Assembly (NCBI GenBank): GCA_963827685.1
Contig: CAWHBU010000002.1
Location: 288,001 to 352,000, forward strand
DNA from: an uncultured delta proteobacterium
GTDB lineage: Bacteria; Desulfobacterota; BSN033; UBA1163
Length of the DNA stretch: 64,000 bases
Direction of reading: 5' to 3'
A program made the position numbers and the translations under genes. Positions 29,373 through 39,648 of this stretch are shown here, piece after piece. Each line of letters opens with the position of its first letter. Positions within the stretch are counted from its first letter, which is position 1. A model generated the notes under the pieces. The model searched no databases. It was not told the origin of the DNA and saw only the letters and a list, made by a program, of their open reading frames with translations.

Positions 29373-30266
29373 CTGAATCCGGCGGAATCCCATTTCTTTT
29401 TTCTAAATGGTGGCTACAGGCTTTTTGGTGTGCTTCATCAGCCAATGAGGGGCATACAAGAAGGACCCGAAACATCAAATGCAACAGGCATCATTTTCTG
29501 CCATCCCTTTTTTGAGGAGAAATTGATTGCCCATCGGGTAATGGTAAATTTTGCCCGGGAGCTGGCCAATCGTGGATACGCTGTCCTTAGATTTGATTTC
29601 ATGGGACAGGGAGACAGCGACGGTAACGCCGAGGACGCAACGATCGAAAGTAACTTATCCGACTTAGAACGAGGCGTGGAGGTCCTCCGAGAAATAACGA
29701 AAGTAAGACGGACTGCTTTGATCGGTGTGCGCTTCGGTGCGACACTGGCCGCCTTGTTTGCAGCAAGAAACCATGGCATCGATGTCCTTACACTTATATC
29801 TCCCGTTGTCAAAGGTGGCCCTTATATCGAACACTGTTTGCGTTCAAACTTAGCTACTCAAATGTCTACTTATCGTAAGATTATCAAGACCAGGGATCAA
29901 CTCGTCAGGGATTTGATGAGTGGTGAGATGGTCAATATTGATGGGTACCTGTTGACGAGGGAGCAGTTCATTGAAATCAAGGATGTGGACCTCAGCAATC
30001 CCTTAACCAACCTCCCCGCAAACGTGAGAATTATGATAATGCAAGTTTCAAAGAATGACGGTCAGAATATAAGTAACGAATTCCTGTCACTGATGTCTGC
30101 TTTCCAGAGCAATGGCAACAAGGTGGATGTTATGAACGTGAAAGATAATTATTTTTGGGCGGAGTCAAAAACTCATATTACAGAGGCCAAACCCATTTAT
30201 TCATCCGCCATTGACTGGCTTGATCAGTCTTCTTTAAACACCCGTTCGCTCGACATGCGCGGTTAG
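29373..30266 (+). CDS. Alpha/beta hydrolase, exosortase-A-associated hydrolase 2-like
   Basis: HPFFEE, RFDFMGQGDSDG, GVRFGA. The frame extends 19 codons upstream of 29430 to a CTG after AAGGAG. Confidence 0.8.
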   Translation: MNPAESHFFFLNGGYRLFGVLHQPMRGIQEGPETSNATGIIFCHPFFEEKLIAHRVMVNFARELANRGYAVLRFDFMGQGDSDGNAEDATIESNLSDLERGVEVLREITKVRRTALIGVRFGATLAALFAARNHGIDVLTLISPVVKGGPYIEHCLRSNLATQMSTYRKIIKTRDQLVRDLMSGEMVNIDGYLLTREQFIEIKDVDLSNPLTNLPANVRIMIMQVSKNDGQNISNEFLSLMSAFQSNGNKVDVMNVKDNYFWAESKTHITEAKPIYSSAIDWLDQSSLNTRSLDMRG

Positions 30267-30268
30267 CG

Positions 30269-31240
30269 ATGGGCGGCTTTCACAAAGATATGGAAGAGCC
30301 AATCACACTTTTGAACCATAGAAATGAACGGCTTTTTGGAATTGTCCACATTCCGGAAGATTACCATCTTAAGCGCCCTGCAATTGGAATAAATTTGCTG
30401 AATCCCGGGGTCAAAAGTCGCGTAGCTCCTAATCGCCTTAACGTGAAACTATCCCGTATGCTGTGCCGGAAAGGGTATTTCGTACTCCGCTTCGACCCCA
30501 CCGGCATCGGCGATAGCGAAGGGGAAATTGGACCAGCAGAACCCCTCACCAGTGTTTGGGGAAAAATCCAACGGGGCTTGTTTGTACCAGACGTCAGGTT
30601 GGCCAATCAGTGGTTCAAAAAAAAGTACGGGCTGGACAAGTTATTCGTTGCGGGAAATTGCGGAGGTGCGGTTACGGCGCTGTTAGCAGCTTCTGGTTCG
30701 CAAGAAGTTGATGGATTGGTACTGATTGATTTACCGATCACCGTTGACGGCGAAGGTAAGGATAACTCCACCCTCAGCGAAGTACAGCTTCCCGACCGGT
30801 TTGTCCGTAAGACTCTGCTCATGTACCTCTACAAACTCAGATCAACAGAAGCCTGGGGACGTCTCTTAACTCTTAGATCCAATCTGGAGGAGATCAGGGC
30901 AGCAATGAGCTCTATCCTGAAGAGGCGGATATCGGATGCCAGGAGGCCTGATTATGGAATCCACGGCCTCAATCAAGAGGCAGTATCATCACTTAGCACT
31001 TACCTTAATACCAGGAAACAAGTCCTTTTTGTTTTGGCAGGAAATGATATAAGGAATATCGTTCTTACGGAAAAATTCTTCCCAAAGTATTTTACCCGGG
31101 ACCATTACAATACAGGCCAGGTTGAAATCTTGATGATTCAAGATGCTAACCATATTTATACGCTCTATCCATGGCAAGAGGAATTGTTTGATAGGATATA
31201 CAATTGGATCAGCAAACTTGAACTTAATCAGAATGGTTAG
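30269..31240 (+). CDS. Alpha/beta hydrolase, exosortase-A-associated hydrolase 1-like
   Basis: RVAPNR, RFDPTGIGDSEG, GNCGGA nucleophile elbow, ANH. Confidence 0.8.
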   Translation: MGGFHKDMEEPITLLNHRNERLFGIVHIPEDYHLKRPAIGINLLNPGVKSRVAPNRLNVKLSRMLCRKGYFVLRFDPTGIGDSEGEIGPAEPLTSVWGKIQRGLFVPDVRLANQWFKKKYGLDKLFVAGNCGGAVTALLAASGSQEVDGLVLIDLPITVDGEGKDNSTLSEVQLPDRFVRKTLLMYLYKLRSTEAWGRLLTLRSNLEEIRAAMSSILKRRISDARRPDYGIHGLNQEAVSSLSTYLNTRKQVLFVLAGNDIRNIVLTEKFFPKYFTRDHYNTGQVEILMIQDANHIYTLYPWQEELFDRIYNWISKLELNQNG

Positions 31241-31254
31241 GGGTAACGCAGGAA

Positions 31255-32403
31255 GTGTCTCGCAAAATAAGGATATTGTATATAATTGACCAGATAGAGC
31301 ACCTGAGAGCTGGGACCGAAAACCAGCTTTCAAAGCTAATAAGAGGTTTAGATCGAAACATATTCGAAATTCACCTGTATTGTTTGATGCCCTCAGAATG
31401 GGTTAATAGCAACGGTTCGCGCGCTCTAAATTGCCCCATAGCAGTAAAAGAATGCTGCAAATTTCTTAATCCCTTAACTTATCTCAATATGGTCGAACTT
31501 GTGTCGTCCATAAGGAGGTTGGAACCTGATATCGTCCATACCTTTTTCCCGAATGCTAATACAATCGGGGTGCTTGCAGCTTACCTCGCAGGGGTCAGGT
31601 ATATCATATCGAGCAGGCGGGATCACGGACAATGGATGAACCCTGTAAGCCTATTCTTTACAAAAATAGCCAACAGGTTCGCTTTTGCAATTCATACCAA
31701 TTCCTACACGGTAAAGGAACTGACTGAGAACATAGAGGGCGTAAGTAACGATAGGATTCATGTAATTTACAACGGTATTGATCCGTATGAATTCGCGCGC
31801 ACGATCAATCCCGATACAACGAATGTTAAATCTCGTCTAGGTATCCCTTCGATGCACAGAGTAGTTGGAGTGGTGGCCAATCTAAGGCCAATGAAACACC
31901 TCCATACTTTTGTTAAGGCCGCTGCTAAGGTAAGAGAAGAAAGAAAAGATATAAGCTTTGTTATGGTTGGCGACGGGCCAAGCCGTGGAGCCCTACAAAC
32001 GTTGGTTCTAAACTTGAAGCTTGAAGAAAGTGTCTTCTTTGCTGGCAGCCAGGAAGATGTCAATGCCTATTTACGGGTCTTTGATATAGCAGTGAATTGC
32101 TCGGCGCAGGAGGGGCTTTCGAATGCCATAATCGAATATATGATGGCTGGAGTGCCCTGTATAGTGGCCGAAAGTGGGGGAAATACGGAGTTGATAGAGA
32201 ATGATTGGAATGGATATACCTTTCCTTTAGACGACCATCAAACCTTAGCTGAGCTAATCCTGAAGTTAATCATGGACAAGGGAAAGAGGCAGTTGTTTGC
32301 AGAGAGATCAAGAGCTAAAGCTAAGGAGATGTTCCCGAAGGAAAAAATGATTAGAGACTTTGAGCATTATTATACCAACCTTCTAAAGACCCCTGGGAAC
32401 TAA
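31255..32403 (+). CDS. Glycosyltransferase family 4
   Basis: GTE, VANLRPMK, EGLSNAIIEYM. Confidence 0.9.
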   Translation: MSRKIRILYIIDQIEHLRAGTENQLSKLIRGLDRNIFEIHLYCLMPSEWVNSNGSRALNCPIAVKECCKFLNPLTYLNMVELVSSIRRLEPDIVHTFFPNANTIGVLAAYLAGVRYIISSRRDHGQWMNPVSLFFTKIANRFAFAIHTNSYTVKELTENIEGVSNDRIHVIYNGIDPYEFARTINPDTTNVKSRLGIPSMHRVVGVVANLRPMKHLHTFVKAAAKVREERKDISFVMVGDGPSRGALQTLVLNLKLEESVFFAGSQEDVNAYLRVFDIAVNCSAQEGLSNAIIEYMMAGVPCIVAESGGNTELIENDWNGYTFPLDDHQTLAELILKLIMDKGKRQLFAERSRAKAKEMFPKEKMIRDFEHYYTNLLKTPGN

Positions 32404-32489
32404 GCGGGTTCCTTATATTGTATTGAGCCAGGGAGACATCCTGCGCAGGACAGATAAGCAGGGGAGATGAATGTTCGTTATGAAAAAAT

Positions 32490-33740
32490 ATGAATAAGAT
32501 TGGTTTTAGATTATACTTACTCTTTACGGTCAGCTGGTTTCTCCATCTCACAGCAAGATTCTCTTTCCTGGGGCTACTCCGCTTCGACTTATTGCTTATA
32601 CTGGTAATTCTCGCAACAATGGTGGTTGGCAAGAAAGGCGAGATACAGCAAAGCCCGAGCAATGATACCAGTAGAGCTTTAAAGATCCTGTTTGTCTACG
32701 TACTAGTAACTCTACCATTTGTTCAATGGCCCGGGAGCGTCCTCAATGCCGGGATACCAAACTTCATTAAGGCAGTCGTTTTCTACTATTTCAGCATCTT
32801 TTTCTTAACATCAGAAAAGAAGCTCAAAATATTTATAGCTGTATTTCTCTCCTGTCAATGCATTCGGGTTTTCGAACCCGTTTATCTGCACTTGACGCAA
32901 GGCTATTGGGGATCTTTCGCAACGATGGGAGGGTACGAATTTATGGACAGGTTGGCAGGAGCGCCGAGCGACATTGTCAACCCGAACGGCTTGGCTTTTA
33001 TAATCTTGTCTACGGTACCATTTCTTTACTATTTCAGCTTTCTGTCTTGGGGACATAGAATCCTTTCATTGACCGTCCTTCCAGTACTTCTTTATGCTCT
33101 CGCTTTAACCGGTTCACGGTCTGGTGTCATTGGCCTCTTAGCGATTATGATAGGAATTGTTATGAAGAGCAGGAAGAAAATGGTGCTATTGATAGCTTTT
33201 GTGGGTGTAATCGCTCTTATCTATGCAAGCTTGAATGCAGACCAGAAAGATAGATATTTGTCCATATTTGATAGCGATACAAAAAATGCCGCTACGGCGT
33301 CTGGACGAATGCAAGGAACACTTGCAGATTTCGAAGTGGCTCTTCGTAAACCATTCGTTGGCCACGGATTAGGGACATCTCTCGAAGCCAACGCGAATTT
33401 TGCGGGGATTGATATACGTGCCCATAACCTTTGGGCCGAGGTCGCTCAGGAACTTGGTTTTGTGGGGCTAATAATCTTCGTCTATTTCGTAAGATCGATA
33501 ATAATGAACTTTTTGAAAAGTATGAAAGGGCTGAAGGAAGTTAAGTTTGAAAGAAGCTACCTTGGCTATCTTGTCAGCTCAATGCAGGTATGGTTGCTCA
33601 TGAACCTAATTTTTAGCTTTGCGAGTTACGGATTGTCGAGTTACGAATGGTATCTTTTTGCGGGTTTGTCCGTGGTTGCAAGAAGACTTTCGGAGGTCCA
33701 TAAGAACATTTTGCCAATGGCCTCTGGCTCGGGATTATGA
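32490..33740 (+). CDS. O-antigen ligase / Wzy-like polymerase
   Basis: Multi-TM; NPN, TGSRSG, GHGLG and AHNLW...ELG (Wzy_C) motifs. Confidence 0.85.
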   Translation: MNKIGFRLYLLFTVSWFLHLTARFSFLGLLRFDLLLILVILATMVVGKKGEIQQSPSNDTSRALKILFVYVLVTLPFVQWPGSVLNAGIPNFIKAVVFYYFSIFFLTSEKKLKIFIAVFLSCQCIRVFEPVYLHLTQGYWGSFATMGGYEFMDRLAGAPSDIVNPNGLAFIILSTVPFLYYFSFLSWGHRILSLTVLPVLLYALALTGSRSGVIGLLAIMIGIVMKSRKKMVLLIAFVGVIALIYASLNADQKDRYLSIFDSDTKNAATASGRMQGTLADFEVALRKPFVGHGLGTSLEANANFAGIDIRAHNLWAEVAQELGFVGLIIFVYFVRSIIMNFLKSMKGLKEVKFERSYLGYLVSSMQVWLLMNLIFSFASYGLSSYEWYLFAGLSVVARRLSEVHKNILPMASGSGL

Positions 33741-33860
33741 AGAATCGTTTACATTGGACGATTGGAAATTGCTCAAAGCTGATTATTACAGATCTTCAGA
33801 CTCAAAAAATACTGATAACATAAGTAAGCTCACAATAAAATTGGATTTAGCAGGTTAAAT

Positions 33861-35018
33861 GTGAAGATATTGATGCCAATTAGATATCCTATAGGTGGTA
33901 TAAGAACCTATCTCAAATATACCTATGGTAACTTTAAGTCGGACAAGTATGATTTAACAGCTCTCATTCCGAACGAATACTCAAGCCATAAGGATGTCGA
34001 GGCGCTCAAATACGACTTTAAAAAAGTGAAATTAGAGTTGGTGTCAGTGAAGGGCCCTATTCCTTTATTTTCTATGGCTCTTTACCTATTACGATATCTG
34101 TGCCGGGGGAAGTACGATCTAATACATTCTCAAGGAACTACATGCGGCATAATTGCAGCCATGGTTAATCAGTTGTTTCGAATACCTCACTTAATTACCT
34201 TCCATGAGACTTTTGAAGATAAGATGTTTGAAAGCCGCTTTGGCTTTCTGAAAAGAAAACTGATTTTGGGATTTCTGCGGAAGGCAGATGTTCTGAACGT
34301 GGTAAGTGAAGACGCCAAGGCGAATTTATTAGGAACGTTTCCCAAGTTGATGAACAGCTTGGACAGGGTCCTCGTGATACAAAATGCGGTTGATATCGAT
34401 TATTTTCGGCAGGAGGTCGAGGACGGAAAGAGCTTATTGGGCATCGACGGAATTAACCCAGATAGTTTCGTGATTGGCTATTTAGGCCGATTCATGCCAG
34501 AAAAAGGGTTCGGGTTTCTGATCGATGCAATTGAGATTCTGCGCAAAAACCAGAACGAGAAGACAAAGAAAATAAGGGTACTTTCTTTAGGGTGGGGGGC
34601 ATTCATCAGAGAGTATCAATCGATTATAAGGAATAAAGGCTTAACTGAGTATTTTGTTTTTATCGAATTTCAGCCAGACGTTCGGTGGGTCTTAAGGCAA
34701 ATTAATCTATTAGTATTGCCTTCGCTCAGAGAGGCTTCACCGCTCGTTCCGATGGAGGGCCTTGTATCAGGCACACCTATTGTTGCATTTAACAGCATAG
34801 GATTGAGAGAAGTGCTCAAAGACACCCCCGCCAGGATGGTTTCAGTGGGCAATACTCAAGCATTGGCAAGCGAAATTATTAATACACTGGATACGTATAG
34901 TGTTTTTAAAAAGCAGTTTCTCGATTTTATGCCACAGGCAGCAAAGCGATTCGATGCGAAAAGGTCCGCATCCAAGTTAGAAGAAATTATACTTTCATTG
35001 CAGGCTAACCGGACATAA
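33861..35018 (+). CDS. Glycosyltransferase family 4
   Basis: GGIRTY, GRFMPEKG, PSLREA...MEG. Confidence 0.88.
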   Translation: MKILMPIRYPIGGIRTYLKYTYGNFKSDKYDLTALIPNEYSSHKDVEALKYDFKKVKLELVSVKGPIPLFSMALYLLRYLCRGKYDLIHSQGTTCGIIAAMVNQLFRIPHLITFHETFEDKMFESRFGFLKRKLILGFLRKADVLNVVSEDAKANLLGTFPKLMNSLDRVLVIQNAVDIDYFRQEVEDGKSLLGIDGINPDSFVIGYLGRFMPEKGFGFLIDAIEILRKNQNEKTKKIRVLSLGWGAFIREYQSIIRNKGLTEYFVFIEFQPDVRWVLRQINLLVLPSLREASPLVPMEGLVSGTPIVAFNSIGLREVLKDTPARMVSVGNTQALASEIINTLDTYSVFKKQFLDFMPQAAKRFDAKRSASKLEEIILSLQANRT

Positions 35019-35099
35019 CATAAATAGAGAGGTTGTCAAGGAAGCGTGTTAAAATCGGAGTAGATTTCTATCATTTGTTCTTCCAAGGAATGGATTAGG

Positions 35100-36350
35100 A
35101 TGAAAACGAAGAAGATACAAATCCTTCCTTTTCCTGATGGAAAGGATTTTGCCGTCTCTTTCATTGATGACACAGATTTGTCGACGAGAGAGAATACCGA
35201 ACCGGTCTACGAATTCTTGTACAATCATAACATTAGAGGAACCAAGACCGTTTGGGTTACCAGGCAAAAAAGAACGTCTTCCTTCCGAAGGGAAGATGAA
35301 AAATCTGTTGATTCTGAAAGTGGAACGGGCTCCACCTTAGAAGACAAAGACTATTTACAGTTTATCTATGAGCTGGAAAGGAAGGGGTATGAAATAGCTT
35401 TGCATGGGATTGCGGCGGGCAATTCGTATCGTAATGAAATAATAGAGGGCATCGAGAGGTTCAAAACAATTTTCGGAGCGTATCCAAAGATAAACGTTTT
35501 TCATGAGCGGAATATTGAGAACCTTTATGCAGGTAGTCACAAATTGGATTTCTGGCCTTTCAAGATACTTGAAAAGCTAAAGGATAGGAGCGACTACCTG
35601 GGTCATGTTGACGGGAGCCCTTATTTCTGGGGAGATATTGCAAAAAACATAAAATACATGAGACTGCCCTTTCATAATATCGAAGCCGTGAATACACTTA
35701 AAGTGAATCCGAATATGCCGTTTCATGATTCAAAACGACATTACGTCAATTACTGGTTTAGCAGTTCTGACGGGGCGGATTGTGAGCGTTTTGTTAGACT
35801 TCTACGAGACGATAATATTAGGAAATTGGAAAAGGAAAGAGGCGCGTGTCTAATCTACACACATTTCGCCAAGGGCTTTGCTAAGAAAGTGAACAATTCA
35901 TATCAGTTGGATGAAGGATTTAGAAAGGTAATAACTAATTTAGCTAACAATAGTAATGCTTGGTTTCCAACAGCTTCTGAATTACTTGACAGGCTCTTGG
36001 CTATCAAGATGGTAACGGTTGAGCAATCGGGTCAGACTGTTTCTGTTGTTAATGGGGGCGGAGACGATATAGTGAATCTTGTATTAAAAGTATCGCCGGG
36101 CTTTGAATTGACTGATGAAAGAGGCAAGATACACCACGCCTCTGAAGAGGGCAAGATTAGTATTGATTGTTTAAAGGGACATTCAACGCTAATTATGCAT
36201 GCTAACCAAACGGGGTACTCGTTGCTTCCTTCAAGAGATACCTCAATTTCATGCCGGGAGAGGACCAAAATTGAATTTTATAACTACTACAGCCTATTGA
36301 AACATCAACTGTCGAACCATGCAGTGCTTAGGATCAGGCGTCTGAAATAA
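35100..36350 (+). CDS. Hypothetical protein, divergent polysaccharide-deacetylase-like
   Basis: SFIDDTD, EIALHG and YTHF resemble CE4 metal ligands. Confidence 0.55.
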   Translation: MKTKKIQILPFPDGKDFAVSFIDDTDLSTRENTEPVYEFLYNHNIRGTKTVWVTRQKRTSSFRREDEKSVDSESGTGSTLEDKDYLQFIYELERKGYEIALHGIAAGNSYRNEIIEGIERFKTIFGAYPKINVFHERNIENLYAGSHKLDFWPFKILEKLKDRSDYLGHVDGSPYFWGDIAKNIKYMRLPFHNIEAVNTLKVNPNMPFHDSKRHYVNYWFSSSDGADCERFVRLLRDDNIRKLEKERGACLIYTHFAKGFAKKVNNSYQLDEGFRKVITNLANNSNAWFPTASELLDRLLAIKMVTVEQSGQTVSVVNGGGDDIVNLVLKVSPGFELTDERGKIHHASEEGKISIDCLKGHSTLIMHANQTGYSLLPSRDTSISCRERTKIEFYNYYSLLKHQLSNHAVLRIRRLK

Positions 36351-36389
36351 AGGCGAAATACGTACTCGTGCGGCACAGGTCTTTGAATA

Positions 36390-36626
36390 ATGCTTAGAAT
36401 CCTTAAACGCATAGCCGGAATCCTGCCAATTAGGTTGCAGCAAGAACTTAAGATGCTTCTCTATGCCTGGCAAATTCGGAAGCATTGGTTCGGGAGCAGC
36501 CAGCCAGAATATCAACTCGTAGACCTTTTTGTGTCGGAAGGGGTACCCGAACAAGGAAAGCCTTGCAGGAGAGTGTTGTTGTTTCGGAGATTATTGGTAG
36601 CTCCATCTGCCCCAATAGTTAGCTAA
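36390..36626 (+). pseudogene. Short ORF, possibly the truncated N-terminus of an FkbM-like methyltransferase
   Basis: Resembles the segment preceding an FkbM SAM motif (PEYQLVDLFVSEG) but stops before any such motif. Confidence 0.3.
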
Positions 36627-36630
36627 AAGC

Positions 36631-37629
36631 ATGATTGAAGATAGACTTGATCTTCAAGTGATTATCCCATGTAGGAATGAGGAAGATCAAATAGGCAGGT
36701 GTTTAGATGCCTTGCTGCTCCAAAATCAAGGGGTGTTGGCTGGGAGTATTATCGTAGTTGACAATGGTTCAACGGATCGAACGGTTCAAATAATTAAAGA
36801 TTATGGAGATAGGGTCCATTTATTATCCCTTCCCAATGCAAACATTTCTGAGTTAAGAAATTTTGGAGCACAAGCGACCAGAAAAGCTTGGCTTGCCTTT
36901 GTGGATGCGGATATTGAAGTTACACCTAATTGGTTGAATGCCATTTCTACGAGAATTGGAATAATTAGCCAGGATCTCGAATGTTCAAAAAAAACCTTGT
37001 TTGGATCACATTGCAAGATACCAAACAACCCTACTTGGATCGAAAGAGCGTGGTATGAACAACTTGACTTTAAATATCAGGCCGCGCCACGGTACCTCAA
37101 CTCAGGGAATATGATCGTTAATCATAACATTTTTGATAAAGTGGGTGGTTTCAATAAAAAGTATTCGACAGCGGAAGATGTAAAACTTTGCGATGATATC
37201 CGAGCTGCAGGAGGAATAATTATTTATGATCGGAGGGTTGCAGCCATACATCATGGATATCCAAAAACTCTTAAAATGTTCTTTCGCAGGGAGAGGTGGC
37301 ATGGAATGGGAATGGCAGGGAGTCTCTTACAGCCATGGAAGTCCAAACCTTTAATGCTAGCGATTTATAACCTGATATTTCTTTTTCTGTTCATTCTAAG
37401 CTTGTTTATCTTTAAAGGTCAGCAATTTCATTTATTACCTCTTTTTTTATTTATTGCTTTTGCCCCTTTGGTTCCAATTGCATGGAAAAGAGGCGGCAAG
37501 TCACTTTATAATAAGTTTCTATTGATAATTCTTTATTGGGTTTATGGTTGGGCGAGAGCTGCTTCCTTGATCGATATAATTATTGCATTCGTAAATAAAT
37601 CTCGTACTAAAGTACTATTAGAATTGTAA
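36631..37629 (+). CDS. Glycosyltransferase family 2
   Basis: IIPCRNEE, VDNGSTD, AFVDAD, ED; C-terminal TM helices. Confidence 0.9.
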   Translation: MIEDRLDLQVIIPCRNEEDQIGRCLDALLLQNQGVLAGSIIVVDNGSTDRTVQIIKDYGDRVHLLSLPNANISELRNFGAQATRKAWLAFVDADIEVTPNWLNAISTRIGIISQDLECSKKTLFGSHCKIPNNPTWIERAWYEQLDFKYQAAPRYLNSGNMIVNHNIFDKVGGFNKKYSTAEDVKLCDDIRAAGGIIIYDRRVAAIHHGYPKTLKMFFRRERWHGMGMAGSLLQPWKSKPLMLAIYNLIFLFLFILSLFIFKGQQFHLLPLFLFIAFAPLVPIAWKRGGKSLYNKFLLIILYWVYGWARAASLIDIIIAFVNKSRTKVLLEL

Positions 37630-37697
37630 ATCAGCGGCATTCGTTAAAGCCGGGAGCATAAAGCTGTGAATCGCTTGAAGGATAAGCCTTAATGTTG

Positions 37698-38250
37698 GTG
37701 CGCCGGGAGACCGGCAGAAAGTAGCGGGTGAAAGTTCCATACGATGAAGGCCTAGCCGGCCACATTGGCCTCGAGTCATGCGTACATGTTTGTAAGGACA
37801 TGGGCGAAGCGTTGAGAGGGGGAAGGGTGGGCCAGGTATTGAGCCGCGAAAGTAGGTTGAGTCCAGGGCGCCGACGACGTCAACTCGATCGGAAGGTCAT
37901 ACAGGGCACCTCGATAAGGCGAGAGGTGTTCTGGCCCTGCGTGGTAGAAGACCCTGCGCACGTCTGGAAACTTTCTGCACGGGAACCGGGAGATCCCACG
38001 TTTGCCCTTGGGGAGCTAACCATGGGCCGCACTGAGAACCCTGAGGGGGCACGTCAGCGATGGATGGACATGGGTAGCAAGACCCATAGTACCGAAGAAA
38101 CAGCCGAACATGGTGCAGTGAGAGGCTGCTCGGTGGAGGAGGTGGAGGGAAGGGGTCTGGCTGAGGGGAATCCGATCTACGAAAACAAGCTCTGGGCACA
38201 GTATCGGAAAAAGCCTGTAAATTAAGGTAGAGCGGATACGGCAAAAAACA
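37698..38250 (+). mobile_element. 5' fragment of a group II intron (domains I-III and the first codons of the RT ORF), truncated
   Basis: Starts GTGCGCC. Has the typical segments gaaagtagcgggtgaaag, gtattgagccgcgaaa, gggaaccgggagatccc, catagtaccgaagaa and gtggagggaaggg. Ends at VERIRQK, like the start of bacterial intron-encoded RTs; no RT or domain V follows. Confidence 0.8.
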
Positions 38251-38294
38251 GGTCATGAGAAATATCCGTTTATTGGCAGGTTATTGAACGTCAT

Positions 38295-39593
38295 GAGACC
38301 TTTGCACAACCGTGCCAAAGTTAGCCAGAGAGAAGGCTGGGAGACCGAGAAAACGTGATTGGAAGTAAAAAGACCAGGTCAAAAACAAAGTAACTAAATG
38401 AAATAAATTGATAATTTAATTAAAAGAAGGCATAATTTCTCCACCAATACCATTAATTTGGAGGAGAAATGGGATACAAGCATTGGAATCCGAATATGAG
38501 TTTTGCTGAGATGGCCCTGGTGAGTCCCAGATGGAAAAAGCTCTGAATTCCATGGGGCAAGTCTTTGGATAAAAACAGATGATTAGAAACCACGTGTCCC
38601 GTTAAATGAGGTTATCATTTTTAACTGGGATGGATCAAATTAATCGAGTGATTGACTGGACCAAAGTAGCCGCCGGCCCGGCTTCCAGCCCGTAGGTTTA
38701 GACTGGAGGGATGGGCCTCTGGCCCGGAGGGAGGAAGGGCTGAGGGACGAACCGCCGTTTTCTCAATCTGAACCAAATCCAAGATGGGATTATGGCTCCG
38801 CCCCGGAGAGGGTGGGAATGTTTTTTGTATATGCAATAAAAAGTATATTAAATAATCAAGTCTATAAAGGACAGGCGAATAGCTTGGACAAAAGAATAGA
38901 TAGACATAATAAGGGTTATGTCAAATCAACAAAAGAAAGAAGGCCTTGGGAATTGATAGCCTTTCAAGGATTTCAAACCAGAGAAGAAGCTCGATGGCAA
39001 GAATTCCTTTTGAAAGAATCACATGGTTGTAGAGCAACGTGGTTAACTGAGTTTGCTATCCAGGCTCCGCTCTCGGAGGGTTTCCGACCTGGAGGGGGCT
39101 CCACCCCGGAGGGAGAAAGGATACAACCACGGCCAAGCTGACCGAATACGAGAAAGAACGCAATAAGAAGATATCCAAAAAACGTTACATCCGCTTCCAG
39201 CCCGTAGGGCTTCCATGCCGGAGGGTTGAGCTGTACTTTGGCTTCCTGCCTGGAGGGCCTTCAGCCCGGAGGGATTAAGCCATTTACATCAAGGAGCTTA
39301 CCGGGCTCGGTTTACCACCCTGTTCAAGAACACAATGGCCGCGATGTTCCGGCAGATGGCTTTTAATCTCTTTAGGGGTTCAAAAATCATACTGGCCACC
39401 TAATCCAAAACAGAAGTCAAAGCCCCCAAGGGGAAGGAAAGCTGGCTCCCGGAACGGAGTTGCCCCCTGGTTGGGGTTCATATTGGGAAAAATTAGAATT
39501 TTAATCCAGGTATTGAGATAAAAATCCAATAAGAATTTTAAAAATATCTCACTTTTAAAAAGTTGATCTCTAAACCATTAATTCAAAGCTCTC
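38295..39593 (+). mobile_element. Degenerate IS5-family element, copy 1 (internally deleted and interrupted)
   Basis: Imperfect TIRs gagacctttgca / ttcaaagctctc. Transposase remnants MGYKHWNPNMSFAEMAL and MDQINRVIDWTKV (38469-38668), and ERNKKISKKRYI-VE-YFG-LSHLH...RARF...FNL (39121-39403). Confidence 0.75.
38818..39141 (+). CDS. Stand-alone GIY-YIG nuclease-family protein
   Basis: FVYAI...YKGQ...RIDRHN...STK.RRPW...EA...E...K pattern; flanked by GC-rich cccggaggg repeats. Confidence 0.8.
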   Translation: MFFVYAIKSILNNQVYKGQANSLDKRIDRHNKGYVKSTKERRPWELIAFQGFQTREEARWQEFLLKESHGCRATWLTEFAIQAPLSEGFRPGGGSTPEGERIQPRPS

Positions 39594-39648
39594 TTAATCT
39601 TAATACAAATCAGTTGCGGATAAGCACTTAGCAAGAGGGATTAGCCAA

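Noticed and set aside
37728-38225. 165-aa ORF MKVPYDEG...
   Set aside because: It is a translation of structured group II intron RNA, not a recognisable protein.
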